A stretch of 64,000 nt of DNA from an uncultured bacterium. GTDB lineage: Bacteria; Eisenbacteria; RBG-16-71-46; CAIMUX01; WJJG01. The stretch covers positions 148,794-212,793 of the forward strand of contig CAYQJL010000282.1 in NCBI GenBank assembly GCA_964417675.1, in the 5' to 3' direction. The number at the start of each line of letters is the position of its first letter. Within the stretch, counting starts at the first letter, position 1. A program made the position numbers and the translations under genes. A model generated the notes under the pieces. That model made no database searches and was not told the DNA's origin. It saw only the letters and a list, made by a program, of their open reading frames with translations. Shown one piece after another: positions 39,889-49,254 of the stretch.

Positions 39889-40731
39889 TCAATCCCCCCG
39901 CCGGACGCCTTCGTCCCCACTGCCCGGGAGGCGGACCGAATCGGCCGCGGCGACCAGCAAGAAGAGCTCCTCGGTCTGGTCCAGATCCACGAAGGGCCGC
40001 AGCGCCACACGTTTGACGAGTCCGGTGCTGTCGTCCTCTGTACTCACAACCTCGCCAATGGGAATGCCAGATGGGAAGACACCCCCATACCCCGAGGTCA
40101 CCACCCACTCGCCCTCGCCGACCTGACTCTGCAGCGGAATGCCCTCGAGGCGCAGAACCCGCTGCCGCCGGTCCCAGTGAAGGCGACCCACGTAGCGAGA
40201 GTCCTGGAGCATTCCGCTGATGGTGAGGCCATCGTGACGCCATGTGCGGACGAAGCTGATCTGCGGATCACACATCGTGATCACACCGACCAGCCCGGCC
40301 ACGTCCAGAACGGTCTGCCCGACCGCCACTCCCGATTCGCTCCCCCCCGCCAGGGTCAAGACCTCTCCAAAACGGTCCACACTGCGCCCGATGACCTCCC
40401 GGGGCATCAGGCTCTGCAGTGAACGCTCGGCGAATCCCAGGAGGTTGCGTAGCCGGGCATTTTCGCGCATGGCCTCCCGCCAGGCGGCCCGGTCCAGGGC
40501 GCAGAGCGCATTCTGCTCCCGTCGGAGGACATCCCCAGCCGCACGATCGAATCGGGCCGGCACGTACTCACTCGCCAAACAGAAGGGCGCCAATACCGTG
40601 CGGCGCAGGAAGGTCGCACTGCTGGCGCGAAACGAGGACCCGGCCAAGAGCAGGATGAGCGAGAATCCCACGGCAAGTCCCAGGATGATCCCATCACCGA
40701 TCCCTGGATGAGCCGGACCCTTGCGCATCAT
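39889..40731 (-). CDS. mreC: rod shape-determining protein MreC
   Basis: Trimmed to MMRKGPAHPG..., a single TM helix followed by a coiled-coil and beta domain (MreC-like). Confidence 0.88.
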   Translation of the reverse strand: MMRKGPAHPGIGDGIILGLAVGFSLILLLAGSSFRASSATFLRRTVLAPFCLASEYVPARFDRAAGDVLRREQNALCALDRAAWREAMRENARLRNLLGFAERSLQSLMPREVIGRSVDRFGEVLTLAGGSESGVAVGQTVLDVAGLVGVITMCDPQISFVRTWRHDGLTISGMLQDSRYVGRLHWDRRQRVLRLEGIPLQSQVGEGEWVVTSGYGGVFPSGIPIGEVVSTEDDSTGLVKRVALRPFVDLDQTEELFLLVAAADSVRLPGSGDEGVRRGD

Positions 40732-40876
40732 CAACTGCCACTCCGCCCGTCGCAGAACCATCTTGGAAAGATCGGGGCCTCGCCCGCACCGCCGCCTGAC
40801 CCGCCAGACCGGCTAGCGGCCGGCACACCGGGACACGCCACGGAACGAGCCATGAACCGAACCATGGGACGAGCCG

Positions 40877-41911
40877 CTAGACGTTGCTCTTCATGAGGAC
40901 CTTCTCATAGGTCTCGATCTGATCGAGGATTTTCCCGCAACCCAGCACGACACATAGCAGCGAGTCCTCGGCTACCGTAATGGGCAGGTTCGTCGCCTCC
41001 CGCAGGAGCATGTCCAGGCCGCGGAGCAGGGCGCCGCCCCCAGTCATCACAATCCCCCGGTCGACAATATCAGAGGCCAGTTCGGGCGGGGTCTGCTCGA
41101 GTGATTGTTTCAGGCCCTCGACAATGGCGCTGATCGGCTCCTGCAGCGCCTCGCGGATCTCGACCGAGGTCACCTTGATGGTCTTGGGAATCCCCCCGAT
41201 CAGATCGCGGCCCTTGATCTCGAGTTCGAGCTCCTCTTCCAGAGGAAAGGCGCTGCCGATTTCCATCTTGATCCGCTCGGCCGTGCGATCGCCGATCAGG
41301 AGGTTGTAGGCACGCTTGACGTACTGCTGGATCGCTTCGTCCATCTTGTCGCCGGCGACCCGGAGACTGGTGTCGTGAACGATGCCAAAGAGCGTCATCA
41401 CCGCGATCTCAGTGGTGCCGCCACCGATATCGATCACCATGTTGCCGAGCGGCTTATCGACAGGCAACCCAACCCCGATCGCCGCAGCAATCGGCTCGGC
41501 CACCAGAAACACCTCCCGGGCGCCGGCCCGCTCGGCCGAATCGCGTACCGCCCGCTTCTCCACCTCGGTGATGCCCGAAGGAACGCTGACGATGATGCGC
41601 GGATGCACGAGGAAGCGGTGCCGCTGAACCTTGGAGATCAGCTTGCGCAGCAGCTCCTCGGTCATCTCGAAGTCGGCGATCACACCGTCCTTCAGCGGCC
41701 GAACCGCCTCGATCGCCTGAGGCGTGCGGCCCAGCATCTCCTTGGCCTCGCCCCCGACCGCCAACACCTTGCGGGTGGCCTTCTCGACGGCCACGACCGA
41801 GGGTTCGTTGAGCACGATCCCTCTGCTCTTGACGTAGACCAACGTGTTCGCCGTGCCCAGGTCGATGGCCACGTCGTTCGACATGTAGCCGATTAGCTTG
41901 CTCAAGAACAT
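40877..41911 (-). CDS. mreB: rod shape-determining protein MreB (actin homologue)
   Basis: Trimmed to MFLSKLIGYMSNDVAIDLGTANTLVYV (ATG verified). Phosphate-1 DLGTANT and the adenosine motif VIDIGGGTTE are present. Confidence 0.97.
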   Translation of the reverse strand: MFLSKLIGYMSNDVAIDLGTANTLVYVKSRGIVLNEPSVVAVEKATRKVLAVGGEAKEMLGRTPQAIEAVRPLKDGVIADFEMTEELLRKLISKVQRHRFLVHPRIIVSVPSGITEVEKRAVRDSAERAGAREVFLVAEPIAAAIGVGLPVDKPLGNMVIDIGGGTTEIAVMTLFGIVHDTSLRVAGDKMDEAIQQYVKRAYNLLIGDRTAERIKMEIGSAFPLEEELELEIKGRDLIGGIPKTIKVTSVEIREALQEPISAIVEGLKQSLEQTPPELASDIVDRGIVMTGGGALLRGLDMLLREATNLPITVAEDSLLCVVLGCGKILDQIETYEKVLMKSNV

Positions 41912-42094
41912 GCTCAGCCTCGCCAGATCGGGCATCCCTGCCCACGCGGAGCGGAGAACTCGCGCTATTTTGCTGATTTCCAGGGAATTAGGCTCTTCTC
42001 TGAATGTGCTCGGGCGCAAAGTAGCAAAAGGAGGTGCCGCGCGCAAGTATTATGGTGGTTTTGCACTTGGCGCGATGGGGCGAACTGAAGACAC

Positions 42095-42200
42095 TTGACC
42101 GGTGTAGGGGGGATTGGTAGCTTCTCTATCAAATTGCGTATATTCACCTATACTCTCCCCGATATCGTGGAGAGTGGGTCGGGACGGAGGAGGGAAACTC
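42095..42200. promoter_or_regulatory. divergent, comparatively AT-rich promoter region between mreB (-) and the small secreted protein gene (+)
   Basis: TTGACC at 42095-42100 has TAGCTT 17 nt downstream, with further TATATT and TATACT hexamers at 42139-42154. SD GGAGGAGGG lies 10 nt before the GTG at 42201. Calling hexamers by eye only. Confidence 0.35.
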
Positions 42201-42665
42201 GTGAAGAAGTTGCGACTGACAACCCTGGTTCTGGCCGCTGGCCTTCTCTGGCCGATGGCCGCCGGCGGGCAGGCAACCGACGCTCCCGGGCGCACCCGCG
42301 GCGTCATGTCCGGCGTGGTCAGCGACGCCTCCGGTACAGGCCTTGCCGGAGTCAGCGTGAAGATCTTCGAGGAGGGCTTCATCCTGGCTGAGACCCAGAC
42401 TGAGGCCGACGGCGGTTACCGACTGGAATTCATGTACTTACCCGATATCGATTGGTCTCTCATCGCCTGGTTCGTACCCCTCTCCGACGATCTCATTCCC
42501 GAGATCGTGATTCTGAGGGAGAGCCTCAAGTCGAAGGATAAGGAACTCTGGAGTCGCTGCTTGCCACGCATTGAACTCCAGGCGCGCGTGAAGCAAGATG
42601 TCACGCTGCTCAATGAGAGTGACAAGCTCGCTCAGATGTCCCAGCTCGATTGCATGGAGAACTAG
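42201..42665 (+). CDS. small secreted protein with carboxypeptidase-regulatory-like (CarbopepD_reg) beta-sandwich domain
   Basis: A GTG start gives (M)KKLRLTTLVLAAGLLWPMAAGGQA, a signal peptide. GVVSDASGTGLAGVSVKIFE...TEADGGYRLEF matches the CarbopepD_reg-like pattern. Confidence 0.65.
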   Translation: MKKLRLTTLVLAAGLLWPMAAGGQATDAPGRTRGVMSGVVSDASGTGLAGVSVKIFEEGFILAETQTEADGGYRLEFMYLPDIDWSLIAWFVPLSDDLIPEIVILRESLKSKDKELWSRCLPRIELQARVKQDVTLLNESDKLAQMSQLDCMEN

Positions 42666-42755
42666 CAACGTGCGGCAGGAGGCTCCGCCGGGACACCATG
42701 CCGTGGTCGACGCGCCCTGGGCGCAGCCGTTTTGAGGGAACCGGAGGGATCAGTC

Positions 42756-44333
42756 ATGAAGCGCGGACGCCTGGCGGCGGTGTCGCTCTTGTTGGTGCTC
42801 GTGGTGTGGGTCGTCAGCTGCAGCGATGACAACCCTGTTCGGCCGACCCTTGCAAGCGGCCCTCGGCCGCCAAGCTGGCTCTATGTGTCGGCCACGGCCA
42901 ATGACAGAATCACCTTGCGCTGGGACGATGTCAGCGTTCAGGAAGCCGGCTACCAGGTTGAGCGCTCACCGAGCGGGTCGGACGGATCCTGGACCGTGAT
43001 CGACTCGGTCGCCTTGGACACGGATGTCTACATGGACCGTACCGTGACCGATTCTTCGCTCTACTACTATCGCCTCCTGGCCTTCGACAACATCGGCCGA
43101 ACGGGAGACCCCACCGAGCCCGTATGGGCTCGCGCGCTGGACAACCATACGCCCACTATCCCCAGTGCACCCTTTCCGCCCAGCGACTCGACCCGCATCG
43201 AAGGACCGAGCATCACGTTGGGATGGACCTCAACCGACAGCGATGCCGGCGACACGATCGAATACGACGTGTACTTCGGCCAGTCGCAGACCGGACTCAC
43301 CAAGGTGGCCGCCGGCATCCTGGAATCATCCTACGTTCCCCCGGATGAACTCATCCTCACGCGCGCCTATTTCTGGCGCGTCGTAGCCCGCGATGACAAG
43401 GGAGCCACGGCCCTCTCGCCCATCTGGAATTTCGGAACCCGGATCGAGCAGGTCGACGTTCCCGCCGGGTACTTCTTCTATGGAGATTGCGGCCGTTTCT
43501 ATCCTGAAGAGCCCGCGCGCTTCTGCAGCGATCAGAACCCGGTGTACCTGGACGCCTTCAACATCGATCGCTTCGAGGTCTCCAATCAGCTCTATGCGCG
43601 GTTTCTGCAGTCCCTGCTCGACAGCCTCAAGTTGCGCGTCGAGGAGGGCGTTGTCATGCATCGCACCGACAACATCGTCTTCGCCGAGGTCTACCCGGAC
43701 GGTGACAGCGATTCGGGTATCGAGTTCTTCCCCCACGAGGGCCAGCGGGGCCTGTTTGTGCCGCGGCCCGGGAAGGAGAATCATCCCGCCGTGGAGGTCA
43801 GCTGGTACGGCGCCCAACGGTACGCCCAGTTCATGGGCCGGGAGCTGCCCACTCAGTATCAGTGGGAGAAAGCCGCCCGCGGTACATCCACGCTCCTGGG
43901 GGACTCCACCTTCACCATCATAGGCCCGGGCGATACGACCACAGTGACGGTCGGACTCGGATTTCCCTATCCCTGGGGCGAGGTCTTGGACAGCCACCGC
44001 TGCAACTACCGCAACAGCGGCGACCCCTTCGAATCAACCGTCGGCGTTGCAACCACGCCCGGTGGCTTCTATGACGGTTCCTCACACAGTGGCTACAGCA
44101 CCGGCAGCAATGAGAGCCCCTATGGGATCTTCGACATGGCCGGCAATGTAGCGGAATGGTGTCGTGACCAGGCATTTCCGAATGCCAATCAGAAAGTGGT
44201 CCGTGGCGGTGGCTGGAGATCGCGGGCCACCGCTTGCCTCACGTTCTGGCGGCAAGAGAGCGGAACCGACTCAACGGACAATGCCCTTGGCTTCCGCACA
44301 GTGGGAACACCCACAATGGGAGAAGAGAAGTAA
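42756..44333 (+). CDS. lipoprotein with two fibronectin type III domains and a C-terminal FGE-sulfatase (SUMF1/DUF323) domain
   Basis: MKRGRLAAVSLLLVLVVWVVSCSDD gives a lipobox VVSC. FN3-like segments (RITLRWDDV...YQVERS and ITLGWTSTD...YDVYFG) follow, then the FGE-family motifs HPAVEVSWYGAQRYAQFMG, GNVAEWCRD and VVRGGGWRS. Confidence 0.8.
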   Translation: MKRGRLAAVSLLLVLVVWVVSCSDDNPVRPTLASGPRPPSWLYVSATANDRITLRWDDVSVQEAGYQVERSPSGSDGSWTVIDSVALDTDVYMDRTVTDSSLYYYRLLAFDNIGRTGDPTEPVWARALDNHTPTIPSAPFPPSDSTRIEGPSITLGWTSTDSDAGDTIEYDVYFGQSQTGLTKVAAGILESSYVPPDELILTRAYFWRVVARDDKGATALSPIWNFGTRIEQVDVPAGYFFYGDCGRFYPEEPARFCSDQNPVYLDAFNIDRFEVSNQLYARFLQSLLDSLKLRVEEGVVMHRTDNIVFAEVYPDGDSDSGIEFFPHEGQRGLFVPRPGKENHPAVEVSWYGAQRYAQFMGRELPTQYQWEKAARGTSTLLGDSTFTIIGPGDTTTVTVGLGFPYPWGEVLDSHRCNYRNSGDPFESTVGVATTPGGFYDGSSHSGYSTGSNESPYGIFDMAGNVAEWCRDQAFPNANQKVVRGGGWRSRATACLTFWRQESGTDSTDNALGFRTVGTPTMGEEK

Positions 44334-44419
44334 CCGGCGGGGCCACCCAGGGCTTCGGTCACGATCCGACACGCGACACCCCCCCTGGAGGGCGGCCCCT
44401 TTTGAGGGAGATCCGCAGT

Positions 44420-46333
44420 ATGCCGAACATCACCTTGCCCGACCACAGCGTGCGGGAGGTTCCGGAAGGCACCTCCTTGCTGGAGGTCGCCGCCCGCATC
44501 TCCAAAGGACTTGCCAAGCGCGCCGTCGCCGCCTTGGTCGACGGCGATCTCACCGACCTGTCCGTGTGCCCCAACCGCGATGTCGAGGTCCGCTTCGTCA
44601 CCTTCGCCGACCCTGAGGGACTCGACGTCTTCCGGCATTCCTCGGCGCACCTGATGGCTGAGGCGGTGGTCGCGCTGTTCCCCGAAGCCAAGCCGACGAT
44701 CGGGCCCGTGGTCGAGGAAGGCTTCTACTACGACTTCGACCATGCCCCTTTCTCCGAGGAAGATCTCGAGCGCATCGAGCAGAAGATGCAGGCGATCGTG
44801 CGCGAGGGACGGCCGCTCGCGCGTCTCGAACTGTCACGGCAGGAGGCCCTCGAGCTCTTCAAGGGAAACCCCTACAAGGCAGAGATGATCTCCGAGATGG
44901 ATGCTGGGGAAATCATCTCGGCGTATCGGCAGGGCGACTCCTTTGTCGATCTCTGCCGCGGCCCGCACGTCCCGGACATGAATCGCATCCGGGCGTTCAA
45001 GCTTCTCAAGGTGGCCGGAGCCTACTGGCGCGGGGATTCTCAGAACCGGATGCTTCAGCGCATCTATGGCATCAGCTTCGATGATCCCAAGGAACTCCGC
45101 GCCCATCTGAAGATGCTCGAGGAGGCCAAGAAGCGCGATCACCGCAAGCTGGGCAAGGAGCTCGACCTGTTCTCCTTCCACGAGGAGGGGCAGGGATTCC
45201 CCTTCTGGCATGACAAGGGAACGATCATCTACAACGAGCTCTCCGACTACATTCGGGAGGAGTGCCGCCGACGCGGGTATACCGAGGTGCGCACGCCGAT
45301 CATCCTCAACCAGGATCTCTGGCTGCGTAGCGGGCACTGGGACCACTACGCCGAGTCGATGTACTTCTGCGAGATCGACAAGAAACCCCACGCGGTCAAA
45401 CCGATGAACTGCCCCGGCGGCCTGCTCGTCTATAAGAGCCGCATGCATTCCTATCGCGACTTGCCGGTTCGTCAGGCGGAGTTGGGACTGGTCCATCGCA
45501 ATGAGCTCTCGGGCGTGCTGCATGGGCTCTTCCGGGTGCGTGCGTTCACTCAGGATGATGCTCATGTCTTCTGCACGGAAGAGCAGCTCACCGACGAGGT
45601 CGTGAAGCTGATCGAGTTCTGTATCGACGTCTACAGAACCTTTGGCTTCCCGGATCCTGAAATCAAGCTGTCGACCAAGCCGGAGAAGTACATCGGCAGC
45701 GATGAGATCTGGGAGCTGGCCACGCGGGCGTTGCACGACGGTCTCGAACGGCTGGGACTGCCTTTCGCTGTCAATGAAGGCGACGGGGCATTTTATGGAC
45801 CCAAGATCGACTTTGACATCCGCGATTCCCTGCGACGCAGCTGGCAGTGCGGTACCGTCCAGGTCGATTTCTCGATGCCGAGCCGTTTCGACCTGACGTA
45901 TGAGGGCGCCGACGGGCAGTCCCACCGGCCGGTCATGCTCCATCGCGCCATCCTCGGCAGCCTGGAGCGCTTCATCGGCGTGCTACTCGAGCACACCGCC
46001 GCGAAGCTGCCGCTGTGGATCGCCCCGGTGCAGGTGCGAGTCATCCCCGTGACCGACGGCCATCTGCCCTATGCCGAGTCGGTCGCTGACCAGTTGCGGG
46101 CTGGCGGCCTACGCACCGAGATCGACCGGCGCAATGAATCGGTGAGCAAGAAGGTCCGCGCGGCGCAGCTCGAGCAGATCAACTACATCTTGGTCGTGGG
46201 CGACAAGGAGGTTGAGGCCGGCACCGTGAATGTACGCACGCGCGACAATGTCGTCCATGGCCCGTCCGAAGTGAGCGCATTCTTGGAGAAGCTGCACGGC
46301 GAAATCCGCACGCGCGCCCTCGCGCCCGAGTAA
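44420..46333 (+). CDS. thrS: threonine--tRNA ligase
   Basis: Trimmed to MPNITLPDHSVREVPEGTS (TGS domain), then the editing domain, the class II core (FRHSSAHLMAEAV, HRNELSGVLHGLFRVR) and an anticodon-binding domain. SD GAGGGAG lies upstream, and the ATG at 44420 was verified. Confidence 0.97.
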   Translation: MPNITLPDHSVREVPEGTSLLEVAARISKGLAKRAVAALVDGDLTDLSVCPNRDVEVRFVTFADPEGLDVFRHSSAHLMAEAVVALFPEAKPTIGPVVEEGFYYDFDHAPFSEEDLERIEQKMQAIVREGRPLARLELSRQEALELFKGNPYKAEMISEMDAGEIISAYRQGDSFVDLCRGPHVPDMNRIRAFKLLKVAGAYWRGDSQNRMLQRIYGISFDDPKELRAHLKMLEEAKKRDHRKLGKELDLFSFHEEGQGFPFWHDKGTIIYNELSDYIREECRRRGYTEVRTPIILNQDLWLRSGHWDHYAESMYFCEIDKKPHAVKPMNCPGGLLVYKSRMHSYRDLPVRQAELGLVHRNELSGVLHGLFRVRAFTQDDAHVFCTEEQLTDEVVKLIEFCIDVYRTFGFPDPEIKLSTKPEKYIGSDEIWELATRALHDGLERLGLPFAVNEGDGAFYGPKIDFDIRDSLRRSWQCGTVQVDFSMPSRFDLTYEGADGQSHRPVMLHRAILGSLERFIGVLLEHTAAKLPLWIAPVQVRVIPVTDGHLPYAESVADQLRAGGLRTEIDRRNESVSKKVRAAQLEQINYILVVGDKEVEAGTVNVRTRDNVVHGPSEVSAFLEKLHGEIRTRALAPE

Positions 46334-46372
46334 TCCAATCCCGGCTCCGTCACAGACCCCCGCCCTTGCCCC

Positions 46373-46397
46373 GCAGGATCCCATCCAGGGATCCTGC
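46373..46397 (+). terminator. perfect 10-bp stem / 5-nt loop hairpin 40 nt downstream of thrS (candidate terminator, no U-tract)
   Basis: GCAGGATCCC ATCCA GGGATCCTGC. Confidence 0.4.
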
Positions 46398-46440
46398 TCA
46401 AGGCCAGCCGGCTCGACCGATGGGGACCTCTGGACGGCTG

Positions 46441-46628
46441 ACCCGCCCGGGATGACTGCGCGGCCCGGCCGTTGGGACACCTGGACGAACAACCCGCCCA
46501 GGATGACTGCGCGGCCCGGCCGTTGGGACACCTGGACGAACAACCCGCCCGGGATGACTGCGCGGCTCGACCGTTGGGACTCCTGGACGAACAACCCACC
46601 CGGGATGACTGCGCGGCTCGACCGACTC
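46441..46628. repeat. 51-bp tandem minisatellite, about 3.6 copies
   Basis: The unit cccgcccgggatgactgcgcggcccggccgttgggacacctggacgaacaa repeats with a few substitutions per copy. It generates the spurious overlapping ORFs on both strands seen in the track. Confidence 0.85.
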
Positions 46629-46725
46629 GGCTTGATCGATGAATGCCCACCTGTCCCGAGTAGCGCTCAGATCAAGTCGCATGGGACCGTCCCCACGACG
46701 GCATGCGACTGTCTCCCTCTCCCGT

Positions 46726-46800
46726 ACCCTCCGGCACACTCCCGCGCCCTCCCGAGCCCTCCGGCGCACTCCCATGCCCTCCGGCGCACTCCCGCGCACT
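46726..46800. repeat. about 20-bp tandem repeat, about 3.5 copies
   Basis: ccctccggcacactcccgcg, ccctccggcgcactcccatg, ccctccggcgcactcccgcg. Confidence 0.7.
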
Positions 46801-46835
46801 TCACCCGCCTCGTTGCCTGGCCTGCCGCAACATGG

Positions 46836-46862
46836 CATGTGAATTGCTACAGAATTCACATG
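46836..46862. promoter_or_regulatory. perfect 10-bp inverted repeat with 7-bp spacer in an AT-rich spacer (candidate operator)
   Basis: CATGTGAATT gctacag AATTCACATG. It lies about 345 bp upstream of the HNH gene in the lowest-GC stretch of the window. Confidence 0.3.
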
Positions 46863-47207
46863 AGCACGGGCGCACAATTCATACGAGAGATGTAGTTTAG
46901 ACTTGTATCCCGATAGTGCATGTCGTAGAGTTGACTAGTTATCCTGTAATGCTCGCCTGAACGCACCAACAACTGAATCCATCGTCCGGTCGATGCTTTC
47001 TTGCTCAATCCCGTGGCGGTGCGAACTCCATAGCGGACAATCGGAAGTGTGCATCGCCACCGCCGCCGGCATCGGGAGCTGTGGCAAGGCTCACCTGGCA
47101 GGGGCGCCCGAGGAGCCGGGGCTGGGACCTCAACAGCCACGCCGTGGTTCTGAGGACCACTCCCTATCCCGGCGCAGGAACAGAAATTCCATACAAGGAG
47201 GTGGAAC

Positions 47208-48842
47208 GTGGCGCATCTCTATATGGTTCATGAATCGCAGGCCGGAATCGTCGCCGAGTCGACACGCTCTGATTCCGCCAGGCATCGTGCCTGGCGGCCG
47301 GGACCTTCGCCCGAGTCGGGAGAAACACCGTCACAAGCCGTACAGCCAAGATCGGGCCGCGCGCCACGGAAGCCTCATGCCAGGCTCTTTCGTGGGCGTC
47401 GGCACATGTCCGCAAACGAAGTGGTCGGCCATCTGCGAGAAGCCGTTCACAACATGTACAACGCGGAGATGAGCGCCTGTGTGTGGTTCAGTGAGATTCT
47501 CCGCCGGGAGCTGTATCGCACATACGGCTATGCTTCGATTCACGCCTTCGCCTCCGAGGAACTCGACTTCACTCCCAACCGAATCGCCCGCTATCTGCGG
47601 TTGATCGAGGATCTCAGGGACTTACCCCGCACCCGCAGCGCCCTCTATTCGGGCCGGATCGAGTGGACGAAGGTGCGCGAGATTGCCAAAGTGGCAAGTG
47701 CCCGCAACGAGCGGAGTTGGCTGAAGTGTGCATCCCGATGCAGCCGCCGCGAACTGGAAGCCCTGGTCAGACGCGCCAAGAGGAAGAATGACCTCGCTGC
47801 CCGCCAGAACGATCAGCAGCCCAACCTCCAGGCCCTTCCGTTGCCATCGACGCAACCCGGGACTCAAGTCGCAAGAGGAGAGCAAACACCGGCGGCGTCA
47901 ATATCCGTGGCTGGCGCCCCCGCCGGATCGCCCAGCGCCTCCGCCGGGGCTGTCGCCCCCGACGGCCCGCCCGGCGATCTCAGTGCCGCTGAGAGCAGTG
48001 TCCCCGACGGCCCGTCCGGCGATCTCGGTGCCGCTGAGAGCAGTGTCCCCGACGGATTCCTTGGTTCTGCCGACGTCTTCGGGCACGGTGAGGTACAAGG
48101 TTCTGAGGAGCTGGCTGCCGACGGACCCGTGTCGGTCCTCCTTCGCCTGCTTCCCGTGGAGGCTGCCCAGTTCGAGGCGCTGCTTGCCAATGCCAGAAAG
48201 CAAGGGCTGTTCCCACCCAACACGACGAAGGCCCAGATCGTCTTGCAGGCACTGCATGCGTTCGTCGCATCGGCCTCGCGGCCGCGGTCGATCGGAACCC
48301 ACGCCCCCGCCGTCGATGAACGCACCACAGGGACCGTGACACCCGATGCGTTCTCCCCGCCTGAAGATGACGGCATCCAGTCTTCGGATGACAACCCTGG
48401 CCGCGTGCCGAACCGAACCGACTCTCTCCCGAGCCCCGGGAGTCCCTTGCCCCGGGGCACAGGATCAACTCCTTATCAAATAGTCATTTACAAGTGCGAA
48501 GCGTGCCAGAAAGCGACGGTCCAGACTCAGTTGGGCCCTCGACGAGTGGGCCGCCCTGTTCTCGAAGCGGCCCACTGTGATGCCGTCCTGATCAAACCCG
48601 GGAGCCGGAATCGCTCATCTATACCTCCCTCGGTACGGAGGAAGGTCATGGTACGCGACGGACACCGATGCAGAGCTAGGGGATGCCAGAATACGCAGTT
48701 CCTTGAGGTTCACCACATCGTCCCCCGGGACCGGGGTGGATCGAACCACCCTGACAACCTTGTCGTGCTCTGTAGCATCTGCCATCGGCTGTGGCATGAG
48801 AAGAACCTCGACGAGCGGTTTCTGAAGCTGACCACGCAATAG
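47208..48842 (+). CDS. DUF222-like N-terminal domain protein with C-terminal HNH endonuclease
   Basis: GTG start with a strong SD AAGGAGG 6 nt upstream. The C-terminal HNH motif is RCRARGCQNTQFLEVHHIVPRDRGGSNHPDNLVVLCSICHRLWH. The N-terminal helical region (ILRRELYRTYGYASIHAFASEEL...RIARYLRLIEDLRDLP) resembles the DUF222 domain that typically precedes HNH in this family. An internal 45-bp x2.2 tandem repeat sits at 47958-48055. Confidence 0.8.
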   Translation: MAHLYMVHESQAGIVAESTRSDSARHRAWRPGPSPESGETPSQAVQPRSGRAPRKPHARLFRGRRHMSANEVVGHLREAVHNMYNAEMSACVWFSEILRRELYRTYGYASIHAFASEELDFTPNRIARYLRLIEDLRDLPRTRSALYSGRIEWTKVREIAKVASARNERSWLKCASRCSRRELEALVRRAKRKNDLAARQNDQQPNLQALPLPSTQPGTQVARGEQTPAASISVAGAPAGSPSASAGAVAPDGPPGDLSAAESSVPDGPSGDLGAAESSVPDGFLGSADVFGHGEVQGSEELAADGPVSVLLRLLPVEAAQFEALLANARKQGLFPPNTTKAQIVLQALHAFVASASRPRSIGTHAPAVDERTTGTVTPDAFSPPEDDGIQSSDDNPGRVPNRTDSLPSPGSPLPRGTGSTPYQIVIYKCEACQKATVQTQLGPRRVGRPVLEAAHCDAVLIKPGSRNRSSIPPSVRRKVMVRDGHRCRARGCQNTQFLEVHHIVPRDRGGSNHPDNLVVLCSICHRLWHEKNLDERFLKLTTQ

Positions 48843-48871
48843 CGTGGCCTTCGCCAGTCATCGCGCTACAT

Positions 48872-48947
48872 CATCACCTGGGACAAGCGGCATCACCTGG
48901 GACAGGCGGCATCATCTGGGACAGGCGGCATCACCTGGGACAAGCCG
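48872..48947. repeat. 19-bp x4 tandem repeat immediately downstream of the HNH gene
   Basis: catcacctgggacaagcgg, catcacctgggacaggcgg, catcatctgggacaggcgg, catcacctgggacaagccg. A further 16-bp x2.3 repeat gccgccccaggatgat lies at 49064-49104. Confidence 0.8.
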
Positions 48948-49254
48948 CCTGAGTAGGCATTACACCGGATCGATCGGGGCCTTCACGCATCGCTGTGGAT
49001 TGCTCACATTTGGATCTCCGCGGACCGCCGCCACCCGGGCGGGTCCGCGACACTCGGGTATTGCCGCCCCAGGATGATGCCGCCCCAGGATGATGCCGCC
49101 ACCCCCTCGGGTGTCGTCTGTCCTGGGTGGTACCGTCGTCGACTCGTGCGGTGGCCCTGGCTGGTTGGGGAACGTGCATCCGTTCGTGATAGGGGAGCTG
49201 ACCCGAGATAGCTAATGCTGGACGGATGCAATATCCAACGGTAGGGTTTGTCCC

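Noticed and set aside
44334-44419. Terminator or operator-like structure between the FGE lipoprotein gene and thrS (GGGGCC...GGCCCCTTTT)
   Set aside because: The stem arms are about 50 nt apart with no clean helix. It could be a thrS leader operator, but the evidence is too weak to call.
46452-46895. ORF-track protein with repeated MTARPGRWDTWTNNPP peptide (and overlapping ORFs 46109..46594, 46183..46650, 46398..46877)
   Set aside because: It is a translation of the 51-bp tandem repeat on both strands. It has no start context and no domain, and the repetitive peptide comes from the DNA repeat itself.
46840-46990. tRNA, tmRNA or other small RNA in the AT-rich spacer after thrS
   Set aside because: There is no cloverleaf, no GTTCRANYC T-loop and no CCA-adjacent acceptor stem on either strand. 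Only the palindrome and possible promoter hexamers were seen.
46441-48947. Possible CRISPR array, suggested by regularly repeated 19-51-bp units
   Set aside because: Units are directly adjacent with no unique spacers, copy numbers are 2-4, and there are no cas genes. These are minisatellites, not CRISPR.
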